Virus record (IMG/VR): IMGVR_UViG_3300031510_000027
Location: 1-30,289 of that record
Strand: one strand, 5' to 3'
DNA: 30,289 nt
Source of the DNA: a virus
Lineage: Duplodnaviria > Caudoviricetes
The number at the start of each line of letters is the position of its first letter. Within the stretch, counting starts at the first letter, position 1. The position numbers and the translations under genes were made by a program. Positions 1-7,646 of this stretch are shown here, piece by piece. The notes under the pieces were generated by a model. It had not been told where the DNA came from, did no database searches, and saw nothing but the letters and a program-made list of their open reading frames with translations.

Positions 1-330
1 AGATCCTGCCGCTATCGAAGCCGCTAGTGTTGCCAAGTCTGCCGCTACTGCTGATCTAATAGCAATAGTGTTACCAGCTGATACAGCCGATCTTGAAGTC
101 ATAGTATCGTTAGTGTGATTAGCGATTGCATCTATGCCTGTCATTAATGTGTTCCACTGTGAGGCTTGTACTGTGCCACCCGCTGAAACTGTTGAAATTG
201 CTGATTGTCCTAATCCGTATTGTGCCGACCCTGTTCCTGCAAAGTGGTTGTATCCGAATGGACTTGAACTGTTGCCAACGAATGCGTTGTATTCGTCATC
301 TAATATTGTATCGCCTGCTGTATATGCCAT
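1..330 (-). CDS. Partial phage virion structural (tail-associated) protein, runs off the left edge
   Basis: Absent from the ORF track. Manual translation from ATG at 330 gives MAYTAGDTILDDEYNAFVGNSSSPFGYNHFAGTGSAQYGLGQSAISTVSAGGTVQASQWNTLMTGIDAIANH..., open to base 1. AGGAG lies 11 nt upstream, and the MAY start matches neighbouring fibre genes. Confidence 0.85.
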   Translation of the reverse strand, partial: MAYTAGDTILDDEYNAFVGNSSSPFGYNHFAGTGSAQYGLGQSAISTVSAGGTVQASQWNTLMTGIDAIANHTNDTMTSRSAVSAGNTIAIRSAVAADLATLAASIAAGS

Positions 331-333
331 TTG

Positions 334-1944
334 TTAATTAACTCCTATCACACATTCTGTTAATGTTGTTTCTTCGTTGTATTTATGTTTGAGTAGCCTA
401 CCTATGGTGTTAAAAGCGGTACATTCGTCTATTTCTGCCACCCTTGCTTCACCATTTCCGGCACTTACTACACGGTCACCCGCGTTGCCTGTGCCCACTA
501 ATTTTACCATGACACGTCCTTTGAGTGCTATCATAGGATGTGTGTCATTATTCCCTGCTTGAGCATTCATTAAAAACGCTGGACTGTCACTTACTACACC
601 AAAAACCTGATCGCACAGCTCTTTGTTACATTTTGTAACCTCTGCGTGACCGCCTAGCATCATAACATCTCCTGCTTCGGTCTCACAATCAGTTTCATAT
701 CTCTCTGCCAAGTCAGCATATCGTGCCGTTGTTGATGTTGCATGTACTATGTTTGCTCTTATATCAACCAGTGTAGCCGCTGATGGATATAAATCTTGAT
801 CTGATGCAGATTTAAATGCTGTCCAGGCTCCGCCCGCATCGCCGGCGAATGTTTCATCCCATACCCAATATAAATTTTGTTCTGTAACTGCCGATGTCTC
901 GCCTCTGTTTACTTTTAAACCTGAGTAGTTTGGCATTCCTGCATTGCTAGATATGTTTCTGTTTAATTCTATAATGTTATCTTCAACAGATAGTGTTGTT
1001 GTGTTCAAGATAGTGTTTGTACCTTCAACTGTTATGTCGCCTACTCTTAAATGTTCTATTCTTCCTGTTGACCCTTGAATTCTTAATGCTTCTTTTGTCG
1101 TCCCACCATCGTTTACTGTAAAAATAATATCTTTATCTTGTGTAGTTTGTGCAATAGTTAAGTTATCACTTGCTAAACTCAATGTAACATCTGAGCCAGC
1201 ACCTAGTATTATACCTGTATCATTTAAAATACTAAATGAACTTGTTGTTGAATCATTTTGATCTGATCTTAGATAGTTTGATGCGGCAACTCCGCCCAGT
1301 GAATCTGCATTTGTGGCTGTGCCTCTGAATTTATTTGACGTTACATTTGATGAAAGTGTAATACCTTGTGCAACTCCGCTAAAACCTGCTGATGTTAATG
1401 ATTTTCCCGAAGCGGCAGTTGTACTTGGTGTAAATGCTATATTCGATACAATGCCAACCACTGAATCGTTGTTGATCATTTTTAATATTGGTCTAATAAC
1501 ACCTGCATTGTCTTCAACAGAATCTGTTGTGAAAACTGTTTGACCTGTCCCTGCAACTGTTGTTGGTCCAATTAGTGTCCAAGCAGTACCATTATAAACA
1601 TATAGCTGAGTGTTTGATGTGTCTAACCATAAGTCACCTTGTACAGCATTTGTCGGTGCCGATACTGAGTTAGTAGTCGAACCTACTGGTTTAAATTTTG
1701 CTCCGTCGTAAACATTAATTTGTTTGTTTGTTTGGTCAAACCAAAGTTGACCTTGAATTTTGTTGTTGGGAGCAGAGGTGTTGTTGAAGTTTTCTAAAAG
1801 TTTAACAAGGTTTTCATTAAGTTTTTCACCAAAGCCTGCATAACCTTTTCCTATAAGTGTAAGGTCAGTAGTTGCAACGTCAATGGTTCCGTCTACCAGT
1901 GTGACTAATAATGTACCGAATGTGTTGTTAATCTTGTAAGCCAT
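334..1944 (-). CDS. Tail fibre/baseplate-attached fibre protein (paralogue 3) with C-terminal YADLAE intramolecular-chaperone (Peptidase_G2-like) domain
   Basis: 536 aa. N-terminal LIGKGYAGFGEKLNENLVKLLENF module and P-x-GQLWFD/GDLWLD repeats shared with two other genes; fibre motif VEDNIIELN...SGLKVNRG...WDE; C-terminal YADLAERY...GVVS...PAFLMN...IALKGRV. Confidence 0.75.
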   Translation of the reverse strand: MAYKINNTFGTLLVTLVDGTIDVATTDLTLIGKGYAGFGEKLNENLVKLLENFNNTSAPNNKIQGQLWFDQTNKQINVYDGAKFKPVGSTTNSVSAPTNAVQGDLWLDTSNTQLYVYNGTAWTLIGPTTVAGTGQTVFTTDSVEDNAGVIRPILKMINNDSVVGIVSNIAFTPSTTAASGKSLTSAGFSGVAQGITLSSNVTSNKFRGTATNADSLGGVAASNYLRSDQNDSTTSSFSILNDTGIILGAGSDVTLSLASDNLTIAQTTQDKDIIFTVNDGGTTKEALRIQGSTGRIEHLRVGDITVEGTNTILNTTTLSVEDNIIELNRNISSNAGMPNYSGLKVNRGETSAVTEQNLYWVWDETFAGDAGGAWTAFKSASDQDLYPSAATLVDIRANIVHATSTTARYADLAERYETDCETEAGDVMMLGGHAEVTKCNKELCDQVFGVVSDSPAFLMNAQAGNNDTHPMIALKGRVMVKLVGTGNAGDRVVSAGNGEARVAEIDECTAFNTIGRLLKHKYNEETTLTECVIGVN

Positions 1945-2127
1945 TTAATCTCTTGGCAGGTTGTCTCTGATCTCTACCAGCCAACTTACATCTCCAACTA
2001 TTTTAATTAATATACTTGCAAGTTTAGGATCTATTCTCTCCTGGATGTACGCATTTTCATCCATTGTTAGATCTTCAAATATGTCAAATGCATTAACAAA
2101 ATCTGCTACTTCTTCTTTTGTTGCCAT
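1945..2127 (-). CDS. Small acidic hypothetical protein
   Basis: 60 aa. AAGGAG Shine-Dalgarno 8 nt before the ATG, ATAAATA upstream, and its stop abuts the next ATG. Confidence 0.8.
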   Translation of the reverse strand: MATKEEVADFVNAFDIFEDLTMDENAYIQERIDPKLASILIKIVGDVSWLVEIRDNLPRD

Positions 2128-2146
2128 TTTTATTACTCCTTATGCT

Positions 2147-2153
2147 TATTTAT
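2147..2153 (-). promoter_or_regulatory. Putative T4-like late promoter (ATAAATA)
   Basis: Minus strand reads AATAAATA-AGCAT-AAGGAG-TAATAAAA-ATG in an intergenic gap; resembles the T4 gp55 consensus TATAAATA. Confidence 0.6.
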
Positions 2154-2181
2154 TAGTGTTACGTTGCTTTCCATATGCTCC

Positions 2182-2616
2182 TTATTTGATCCAATCCAAA
2201 TTATTGTATTTTTTTTTGTTTAAGTTCATAATGTAGGATTTAACGTTTTTTTCACCATACTCCATGTCTCCGTGCTTAATATACAATTTTTCTAAGGATT
2301 TTTCCGCTGTAATAGTATAGACCATTCCTAGTTTATTTTTTATTGCTTGTTTTTCAATTTCTTTTAAACACATTTTCATAGCCTTAAATAATTTTATTTT
2401 ACTTGTTTTTGGATTTGAAAATATTCCATACATAAAACCAAATTTGGCTTTCTTATCCACATATAATCCAGCCGCACAAATTTCTTCTTCTTCAACTATT
2501 ATTACTCCTAATGGGGGTAACATTTCTTTTGGTATTACAGACTCCCATTTATGTCCTTTACACCATTTTTCCAGAATTGGATGATCCTGGGCTATGTTCC
2601 AAACTCTATGCTTCAT
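2182..2616 (-). CDS. Putative GNAT-fold acyltransferase
   Basis: 144 aa. Pattern LPPLGVIIVEEEEICAAGLYV...FMYGIFSNP...LKEIEKQAIKNKLGMVYTIT...LEKLYIKHG fits the GNAT strand/helix order and the 'LY..G' end motif. The canonical R/Q-x-x-G-x-G/A acetyl-CoA loop is not evident. Confidence 0.55.
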   Translation of the reverse strand: MKHRVWNIAQDHPILEKWCKGHKWESVIPKEMLPPLGVIIVEEEEICAAGLYVDKKAKFGFMYGIFSNPKTSKIKLFKAMKMCLKEIEKQAIKNKLGMVYTITAEKSLEKLYIKHGDMEYGEKNVKSYIMNLNKKKYNNLDWIK

Positions 2617-2628
2617 GTGTTAATTGTA

Positions 2629-4692
2629 TTACTTTTTGTTTACAGTGTCAACGATTGTCTTGTCTGCTTCGTGTCTGTGTTCTCTATACTGCTCAAAATA
2701 TTGTTCACCTAGCTTGTTAAGTCCTTCTTGCTCAAATCCATCAAAGTAGTCCGTGAACTCTGTGTTGTTGATTACTATTCTTCTGTTCTCGCAACCAAAC
2801 ACGTAAACTATAACCTCATCGTCACCTAGTGATTTTCCTAGTCTACTGTCTTCAACTCTAGTCCATGCACCATCCTCTTTGACCATGTGCGACCCTGCAA
2901 CTTGGATGCCGTTGTAATCATACAAATTGTCTACTAAAAACTTTCCTGTGGCAAATACATATCCGCCAACTGCTACTTTGTCTTTTAAATCTATTTGTTC
3001 AACTGCCTTTGTTGAACCATCTGCCATTGTGATTGGTGTACCTGCTAAGAAACAACCTTTGTTGTGTACAACATAGTTGTCAGCAATATATGATTTGTCA
3101 TTTGAAATATGGAAGTTATATAAAGGCATCTCAGGTTCATTCATTTCTTTTGATTTAATATTTGTAATCTCAAATAATCCATCGCCTGTTACAAGTTTAT
3201 CTCCAATTTCTAACGCACCTTTCAACTGATTGTAAAGTTCAATACCGTCACGTTCTTTTGTTTTCTCTGGCTTGACTGATTTCCAACCTTGTTCTGTCAT
3301 GAATGGGTGTTCTGATGTGAAGAAGTAATGTTCACTGTCATTGAACGTGTATAACTTCCTGTCACCCAAAAGTACCGGATCTAATTTAATCACTGTGTTG
3401 GTTCCGTTTTCACCTTTTACTTCATCGCCGACCACAACATCTTCGATATTTTTTAATGTACCATCTGCCATTGAAATTTTAGTACCTGCAACAAAACAAC
3501 TGGTCGTATCACCAGAAGGTCCAAAGTTAGTGTTAGGTAAAGTTGCTAAACTGAATCCGCTGACTGTGTGTGGATTGTGTCTCACCGCTGGTTTTGGTGC
3601 TGGTGGTACAAATCCTCCGCCACCGTCGCCGCCTCCTGATTGTGGTGGAATGTTTGCAACAGTTGGCACACCTCCTGAACCTTCCGTACCCGATGTCGAT
3701 CCTCCCAATGCGTTTCCGAACTGTGCTGAATTACCTAGGAATAGTAAATCTGTGGTGAATATGGCCTTCCATGCGCCGCCTACCTTGTAGTAGCCGTGTG
3801 TGACGTGCTTCCATGAACCCGATACCTTGTACCTAATGGAGTCAAAAGATTTCCATGCACCACTTACCTTGGCCTTGCTCTCCGATGGTATGTTGAATAT
3901 TAATACTGCCTTACCGGCACCTCCGGCGCTACCGTTTATGCCACCTCTGGCTATGCCTGCTGTGTAGTAAGCACTGCTTGTGCCTCCTGGTTCTAGACCT
4001 GAACCGTTGTTCTCTGATCCTCCAGATGGTACCGTGTTAGATCCTGACTTACCACCAAAACCACCGGCATCTCCTGTAGCTCCTGAACCACCTGTTCCCC
4101 CATCGGTTCCGCCGCCACCGGCTCCACCTCCACCACCGTCTCCGGAGTGGCCTGCACCGTTCTCTCCCAGTGTGCCTGGTGAGTTGCCTGTTGCTGAATT
4201 ACTATTGATTCCTATTCCACCACGTGATGAGGCTCCTGTTCCACCACCACCACCACCACCGCCTGCAATGGCTAGTTTAATAGTGTCTGCGGCTTGGCCC
4301 GATTCGAATAGTGTTACAGTGGTTGCTCCACCACCTCCACCACCAGAACCTGATGATCCAACTCTTCCTGAATTTCCGCCTTCGCCTCCTGAATAATTTG
4401 TTAAACTTTGTCCGTTCCTACCGCCGGGAGTGTCTTGCCCCGATCCTCCGGACTCAGCACCACCACCGACTGCAACGCCAATCGTCTTGACACCTGCGTA
4501 TGATGATACATCTAAATTTGTTTTTGTTACATAGTGTCCCGCGGCACCATCTGCCATACTCCCTTGAGTATCTTCTCCACCCGATCCTCCTGCTCCGCCC
4601 CATAAGTGCATGGTTATAGAAGTTGTCCCGGCTGGTAAATCTGCTAGTTGAAATTGACCTGTGTAATTGAAAGTCTTTGTTACTAATGGCAT
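2629..4692 (-). CDS. Glycine-rich (polyglycine-II sandwich, gp38 adhesin-like) virion protein with two C-terminal Hint domains
   Basis: 687 aa. N-terminal LWGGAGGSGG...IAGGGGGGGG glycine-rich domain; three K-V-x-G-x-W-K repeats; Gly/Pro linker; then CFVAGT...TSEHPF...LYNFHI...VVHN, followed by KG and CFLAGT...AGSHMV...FTDYFD. Confidence 0.8.
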   Translation of the reverse strand: MPLVTKTFNYTGQFQLADLPAGTTSITMHLWGGAGGSGGEDTQGSMADGAAGHYVTKTNLDVSSYAGVKTIGVAVGGGAESGGSGQDTPGGRNGQSLTNYSGGEGGNSGRVGSSGSGGGGGGATTVTLFESGQAADTIKLAIAGGGGGGGGTGASSRGGIGINSNSATGNSPGTLGENGAGHSGDGGGGGAGGGGTDGGTGGSGATGDAGGFGGKSGSNTVPSGGSENNGSGLEPGGTSSAYYTAGIARGGINGSAGGAGKAVLIFNIPSESKAKVSGAWKSFDSIRYKVSGSWKHVTHGYYKVGGAWKAIFTTDLLFLGNSAQFGNALGGSTSGTEGSGGVPTVANIPPQSGGGDGGGGFVPPAPKPAVRHNPHTVSGFSLATLPNTNFGPSGDTTSCFVAGTKISMADGTLKNIEDVVVGDEVKGENGTNTVIKLDPVLLGDRKLYTFNDSEHYFFTSEHPFMTEQGWKSVKPEKTKERDGIELYNQLKGALEIGDKLVTGDGLFEITNIKSKEMNEPEMPLYNFHISNDKSYIADNYVVHNKGCFLAGTPITMADGSTKAVEQIDLKDKVAVGGYVFATGKFLVDNLYDYNGIQVAGSHMVKEDGAWTRVEDSRLGKSLGDDEVIVYVFGCENRRIVINNTEFTDYFDGFEQEGLNKLGEQYFEQYREHRHEADKTIVDTVNKK
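2740..3054 (-). other. Hint domain 2 (short, Hedgehog/Vint-like, no terminal His-Asn)
   Basis: Starts at Cys547 (CFLAGTPITMADGSTKAVEQIDLKDKV), block B VAGSHMV, ends around EFTDYFD; about 102-105 aa. Confidence 0.75.
3061..3498 (-). other. Hint domain 1 (bacterial intein-like / pretoxin-HINT type)
   Basis: Cys399 to Asn544 (146 aa): block A CFVAGTKISMADG, block B FTSEHPF (TxxH), block F LYNFHI, block G YVVHN. The +1 residue is Lys; no homing endonuclease. Confidence 0.9.
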
Positions 4693-4696
4693 AGGG

Positions 4697-6112
4697 TTAA
4701 GCCTCCCTTACAAACCAAAAGTCTCCGTCAGCACCATCACTGCCTGAGGGCTGAGAAGTTGAAACTGTTTTTGCCGCTCCACCCCATTCATTGCTTAATG
4801 TAGCAACTGCACCTATCGTTGGTACACCTAAGTTTGCTGTGTCAGTGTATGTGATGGCTGTCACTGCACCTAGTGTAGCAGTCGTTACTTTAACATTTCC
4901 GCCTGCTGTTGTTTTTAAAGCCTTACCTTTGTTTGCATTACCATCTTCTGTGGCATCTGCTAATCTTATTACTTGTGAATATGAACCACCGTGTCCTGCT
5001 GACCAAGTATTTGCTGATACATCGTAAAATATTCTAGCATCATCTGTGTCACTAGTTTCTACTATTAGGCCTGCATCTGCTTCTGAATTTCCTGTGTTTA
5101 CTTTTATGAAAGCGTCATCGTATGTTGATACATTCGAAACTGAACTGTTGTATTCGCCTGATATGCTCAAGTTACCTGTGATTGCTACATCACCTACAAT
5201 GTTTACTTTTGTTTCTGATCCATCAAATGTCATGATAGTATTTGTTGACCCACCGTCATTTACTGTGAATTTTAAATCTTTGTCTTGTGAAGTCTGTGCT
5301 ATTGTAACATCATTGCTTGAAACTGTTACTGATAATTCCTGTGCTCCTCCAACAATTATACCACCGTTGGCATCGATTGTCAGTGCACCTGTTGTGGTGT
5401 CTGCCGCATCTGCTCTTAGGAAGTTTCCACCTGCAACTACTGTACCTGAAGTATTAGTTGTTCCCGACACATCTATCGCTGTTGCTTGTGAACTCGATCC
5501 TTCAAACACCCCACCTAATGTTGAGTTAAGTGTTATCCCTGCTTTGATTGAAGCAAAGCCTGCCTGTGTTACGCTTGGTGTGAATGTTGCTTTGGAAAGT
5601 ATTGCTACTCTTATTGCCCCGGCATACATCGATGAAACAACTTTGTCTCCGCCTGCACTAGCAAGTGTTTCAATTTTCCAACCTGACTCTGTTTGTGAGG
5701 CTGTGAAAGCTGGACCTACTAATTCCCATTTACTGTTAACTTGATGTGATCTTGCATCTCCAGTGTAAACAAAAACTTGATCATTTGTAGAATTTAACCA
5801 AAGATCACCTAATGATGGTGCTGATGGTAGTGAAGAACTTGCTTTTGCTCCGCCTGTGGGCTTGAAACTTGTTCCGTCATAAACTTTTATTTGATTTGTT
5901 GTTGTGTCAAACCATAACTCACCTCGTAGTGGTGCCGCCGGTGCCGCTGTTGAAGCCGCATTCTCTAGTAATTTAACTAGATTTTCGTTTAGTGCTTCAC
6001 CAAAATTAGAATATGATTTTCCAAAAAGCTGTACGGAAGTGGTGTTGTTCACCGTTCCGTCTTGGATTACTGCTACCGTTGTTCCGTCTGTTTTGTTTAT
6101 TGTGTATGGCAT
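4697..6112 (-). CDS. Tail fibre/baseplate-attached fibre protein (paralogue 2), no chaperone domain
   Basis: Start moved from 6142 to ATG at 6112 (MPYTINKTDG), which aligns with paralogue starts and removes the overlap; 471 aa. Shares LNENLVKLLEN and GELWFD/GDLWL modules; ends STSQPSGSDGADGDFWFVREA. Confidence 0.75.
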   Translation of the reverse strand: MPYTINKTDGTTVAVIQDGTVNNTTSVQLFGKSYSNFGEALNENLVKLLENAASTAAPAAPLRGELWFDTTTNQIKVYDGTSFKPTGGAKASSSLPSAPSLGDLWLNSTNDQVFVYTGDARSHQVNSKWELVGPAFTASQTESGWKIETLASAGGDKVVSSMYAGAIRVAILSKATFTPSVTQAGFASIKAGITLNSTLGGVFEGSSSQATAIDVSGTTNTSGTVVAGGNFLRADAADTTTGALTIDANGGIIVGGAQELSVTVSSNDVTIAQTSQDKDLKFTVNDGGSTNTIMTFDGSETKVNIVGDVAITGNLSISGEYNSSVSNVSTYDDAFIKVNTGNSEADAGLIVETSDTDDARIFYDVSANTWSAGHGGSYSQVIRLADATEDGNANKGKALKTTAGGNVKVTTATLGAVTAITYTDTANLGVPTIGAVATLSNEWGGAAKTVSTSQPSGSDGADGDFWFVREA

Positions 6113-6119
6113 TTGTTTA

Positions 6120-6126
6120 TATTTAT
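6120..6126 (-). promoter_or_regulatory. Putative late promoter (ATAAATA) overlapping the upstream stop codon
   Basis: Minus strand CAATAAATA-TAAACAA-ATG; 7 nt to the ATG, no SD. Confidence 0.5.
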
Positions 6127-7643
6127 TGTCTTCCAGCCACAATATTAATTGTGCCTATATCGGTTGAATTGTATTCTTCCAGTGCTTTTCCTATTACTGT
6201 TCCCATTTTAGGATCTATGCCTTTTCTAGCCACACCTGGGTGTTGTGAGTGTGTTACTAGCATGTCACCTTTGCTGATCTGTCCTACTACTTTACATGGT
6301 ACTTTACCTTGCAATGCAACTGCTTGTCCTGTTGCTTCATTGTTCATTAGGTATGCAGGATTTTCAGAGATAACGCCTGCTACTCTTGGATCTGCACCCA
6401 TGCTTGAAACTGTAATTTCTTTTTCACCGCCAAATATAACAACTGTACCCACTTCGTACTCCTCGTCGGACTCATATATCTCAGCCAAGTCAGCATATTG
6501 TGCCGATGTTGCTTTTGCATATACTGTGTTGTATTTCTTGCTGGTCGACCCTATGTCGTATGTTGTAGTGGCATCTGGAATTATAGCTTTTGAAGTAACT
6601 GTTCCTCCCATTGTCAGTGTGCCCATTGTGTTGGCGCCTGAACTTGTTACGTTTCCTGCTAAATTTCCTGTAACGTTTCCTGCTACTGCTCCTGTGATTG
6701 GTCCAGTGAATGCTGTTGCATTAATAGTTCCTGATACATCTAATTTTGTTGTTGGGGTTGTTGTTCCAATACCTACTCTAGCATCTGCACCATCGATGGT
6801 CATTACTGTTGTATTTGTTCCGCCATCATTTACTTTGAATGTTATATCTGTGTTTGCAACTGTGTTAGAAATAATTCCACCACTGGCATCAACTGTTAAA
6901 GTTAAGTCTGAGTCTGCACCAACAACTAGTCCACCGTCGTTAGCAATTGATAATGTTCCTGATGTTGTGTCGTTAGCATTTGATGTTAAAAAGTTTGCCG
7001 CCGCAACTCCACCTAGTGCATCTGCATTTGTGGCTGTGCCTTGAAATTTTGTATCTGCTATTGCTGTTGTTAAAGTAATACCTTTTTTAACACTTGTAAA
7101 ACCTGAGATAGTTGATTTTGGAGTAAACGTATCTTCCGATACTATTGCAATAAGATTACCGTCATTGAACCATTTTGTAATATTTTGACTTGCATCTGCA
7201 GAATCTAAAATACTATCATAAACAAATCCATTTGATGTACCAGTTGCACCTGGAGGGCCTACTAGTACTGAACTCGAACCGTTGTAAAGATAAAGTTGAG
7301 CTGTGTCTGAATCAATCCAAAGATCACCTTGTGTTAATCCTGAAGGTGCTGATGATTGATAAGGTGCACTACCACCTGAGTTTTGCCAAGCAGTACCGTT
7401 GTAAACTTTTAATTTTGCAGTTGTTGTATCATACCAAAGCTGTCCTTCGATTGGTTTTGTTGGCGCTGATGTATTTGAAAAGTTTTCTAATAAGTGTAAA
7501 AAGTTTTCTGCAATACTCTCACCGTAACCTGCATAACCTTTTCCAATAAAACTTAAATCAGTTTGAGCGTTAACAACTCCATCCTGAACTGTGTATTGAT
7601 TGGGCGATGCCGCACTATTAGTTTTGTTTACTGTGTATGCCAT
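6123..7643 (-). CDS. Tail fibre/baseplate-attached fibre protein (paralogue 1) with C-terminal YADLAE intramolecular-chaperone domain
   Basis: 506 aa. FIGKGYAGYGESIAENFLHLLENF N-module; RVGIGTTTPTTKLDVSG fibre motif; GNVTGNLAGNVT repeat; C-terminal YADLAEIY...GVIS.NPAYLMN...VALQGKVPCKV...IGKALE. Confidence 0.75.
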   Translation of the reverse strand: MAYTVNKTNSAASPNQYTVQDGVVNAQTDLSFIGKGYAGYGESIAENFLHLLENFSNTSAPTKPIEGQLWYDTTTAKLKVYNGTAWQNSGGSAPYQSSAPSGLTQGDLWIDSDTAQLYLYNGSSSVLVGPPGATGTSNGFVYDSILDSADASQNITKWFNDGNLIAIVSEDTFTPKSTISGFTSVKKGITLTTAIADTKFQGTATNADALGGVAAANFLTSNANDTTSGTLSIANDGGLVVGADSDLTLTVDASGGIISNTVANTDITFKVNDGGTNTTVMTIDGADARVGIGTTTPTTKLDVSGTINATAFTGPITGAVAGNVTGNLAGNVTSSGANTMGTLTMGGTVTSKAIIPDATTTYDIGSTSKKYNTVYAKATSAQYADLAEIYESDEEYEVGTVVIFGGEKEITVSSMGADPRVAGVISENPAYLMNNEATGQAVALQGKVPCKVVGQISKGDMLVTHSQHPGVARKGIDPKMGTVIGKALEEYNSTDIGTINIVAGRQ

Positions 7644-7646
7644 TTA

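Noticed and set aside
2133-2174. 13-codon mini-ORF MESNVTLINKHKE preceded by AAGGAG
   Set aside because: The SD-ATG spacing is only 3 nt, and the stretch is explained by the promoter and SD of the 60-aa gene. A leader peptide cannot be fully excluded.
3061-3498. Canonical mobile intein
   Set aside because: No homing endonuclease, the +1 residue is Lys rather than Cys/Ser/Thr, and the host protein is not a conserved enzyme. Treated as an intein-like Hint domain.
3900-4620. GC-rich CCA/CCG repeats as a foreign island, CRISPR array or DGR repeat
   Set aside because: Explained by polyglycine codons. There is no repeat-spacer periodicity, no reverse transcriptase gene, and I saw no adenine-specific template/variable repeat pair.
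6113-6142. Tracked start MWLEDNKYKQ for the 481-aa ORF
   Set aside because: It overlaps the upstream gene. ATG at 6112 aligns with paralogue N-termini and follows a promoter-like motif.
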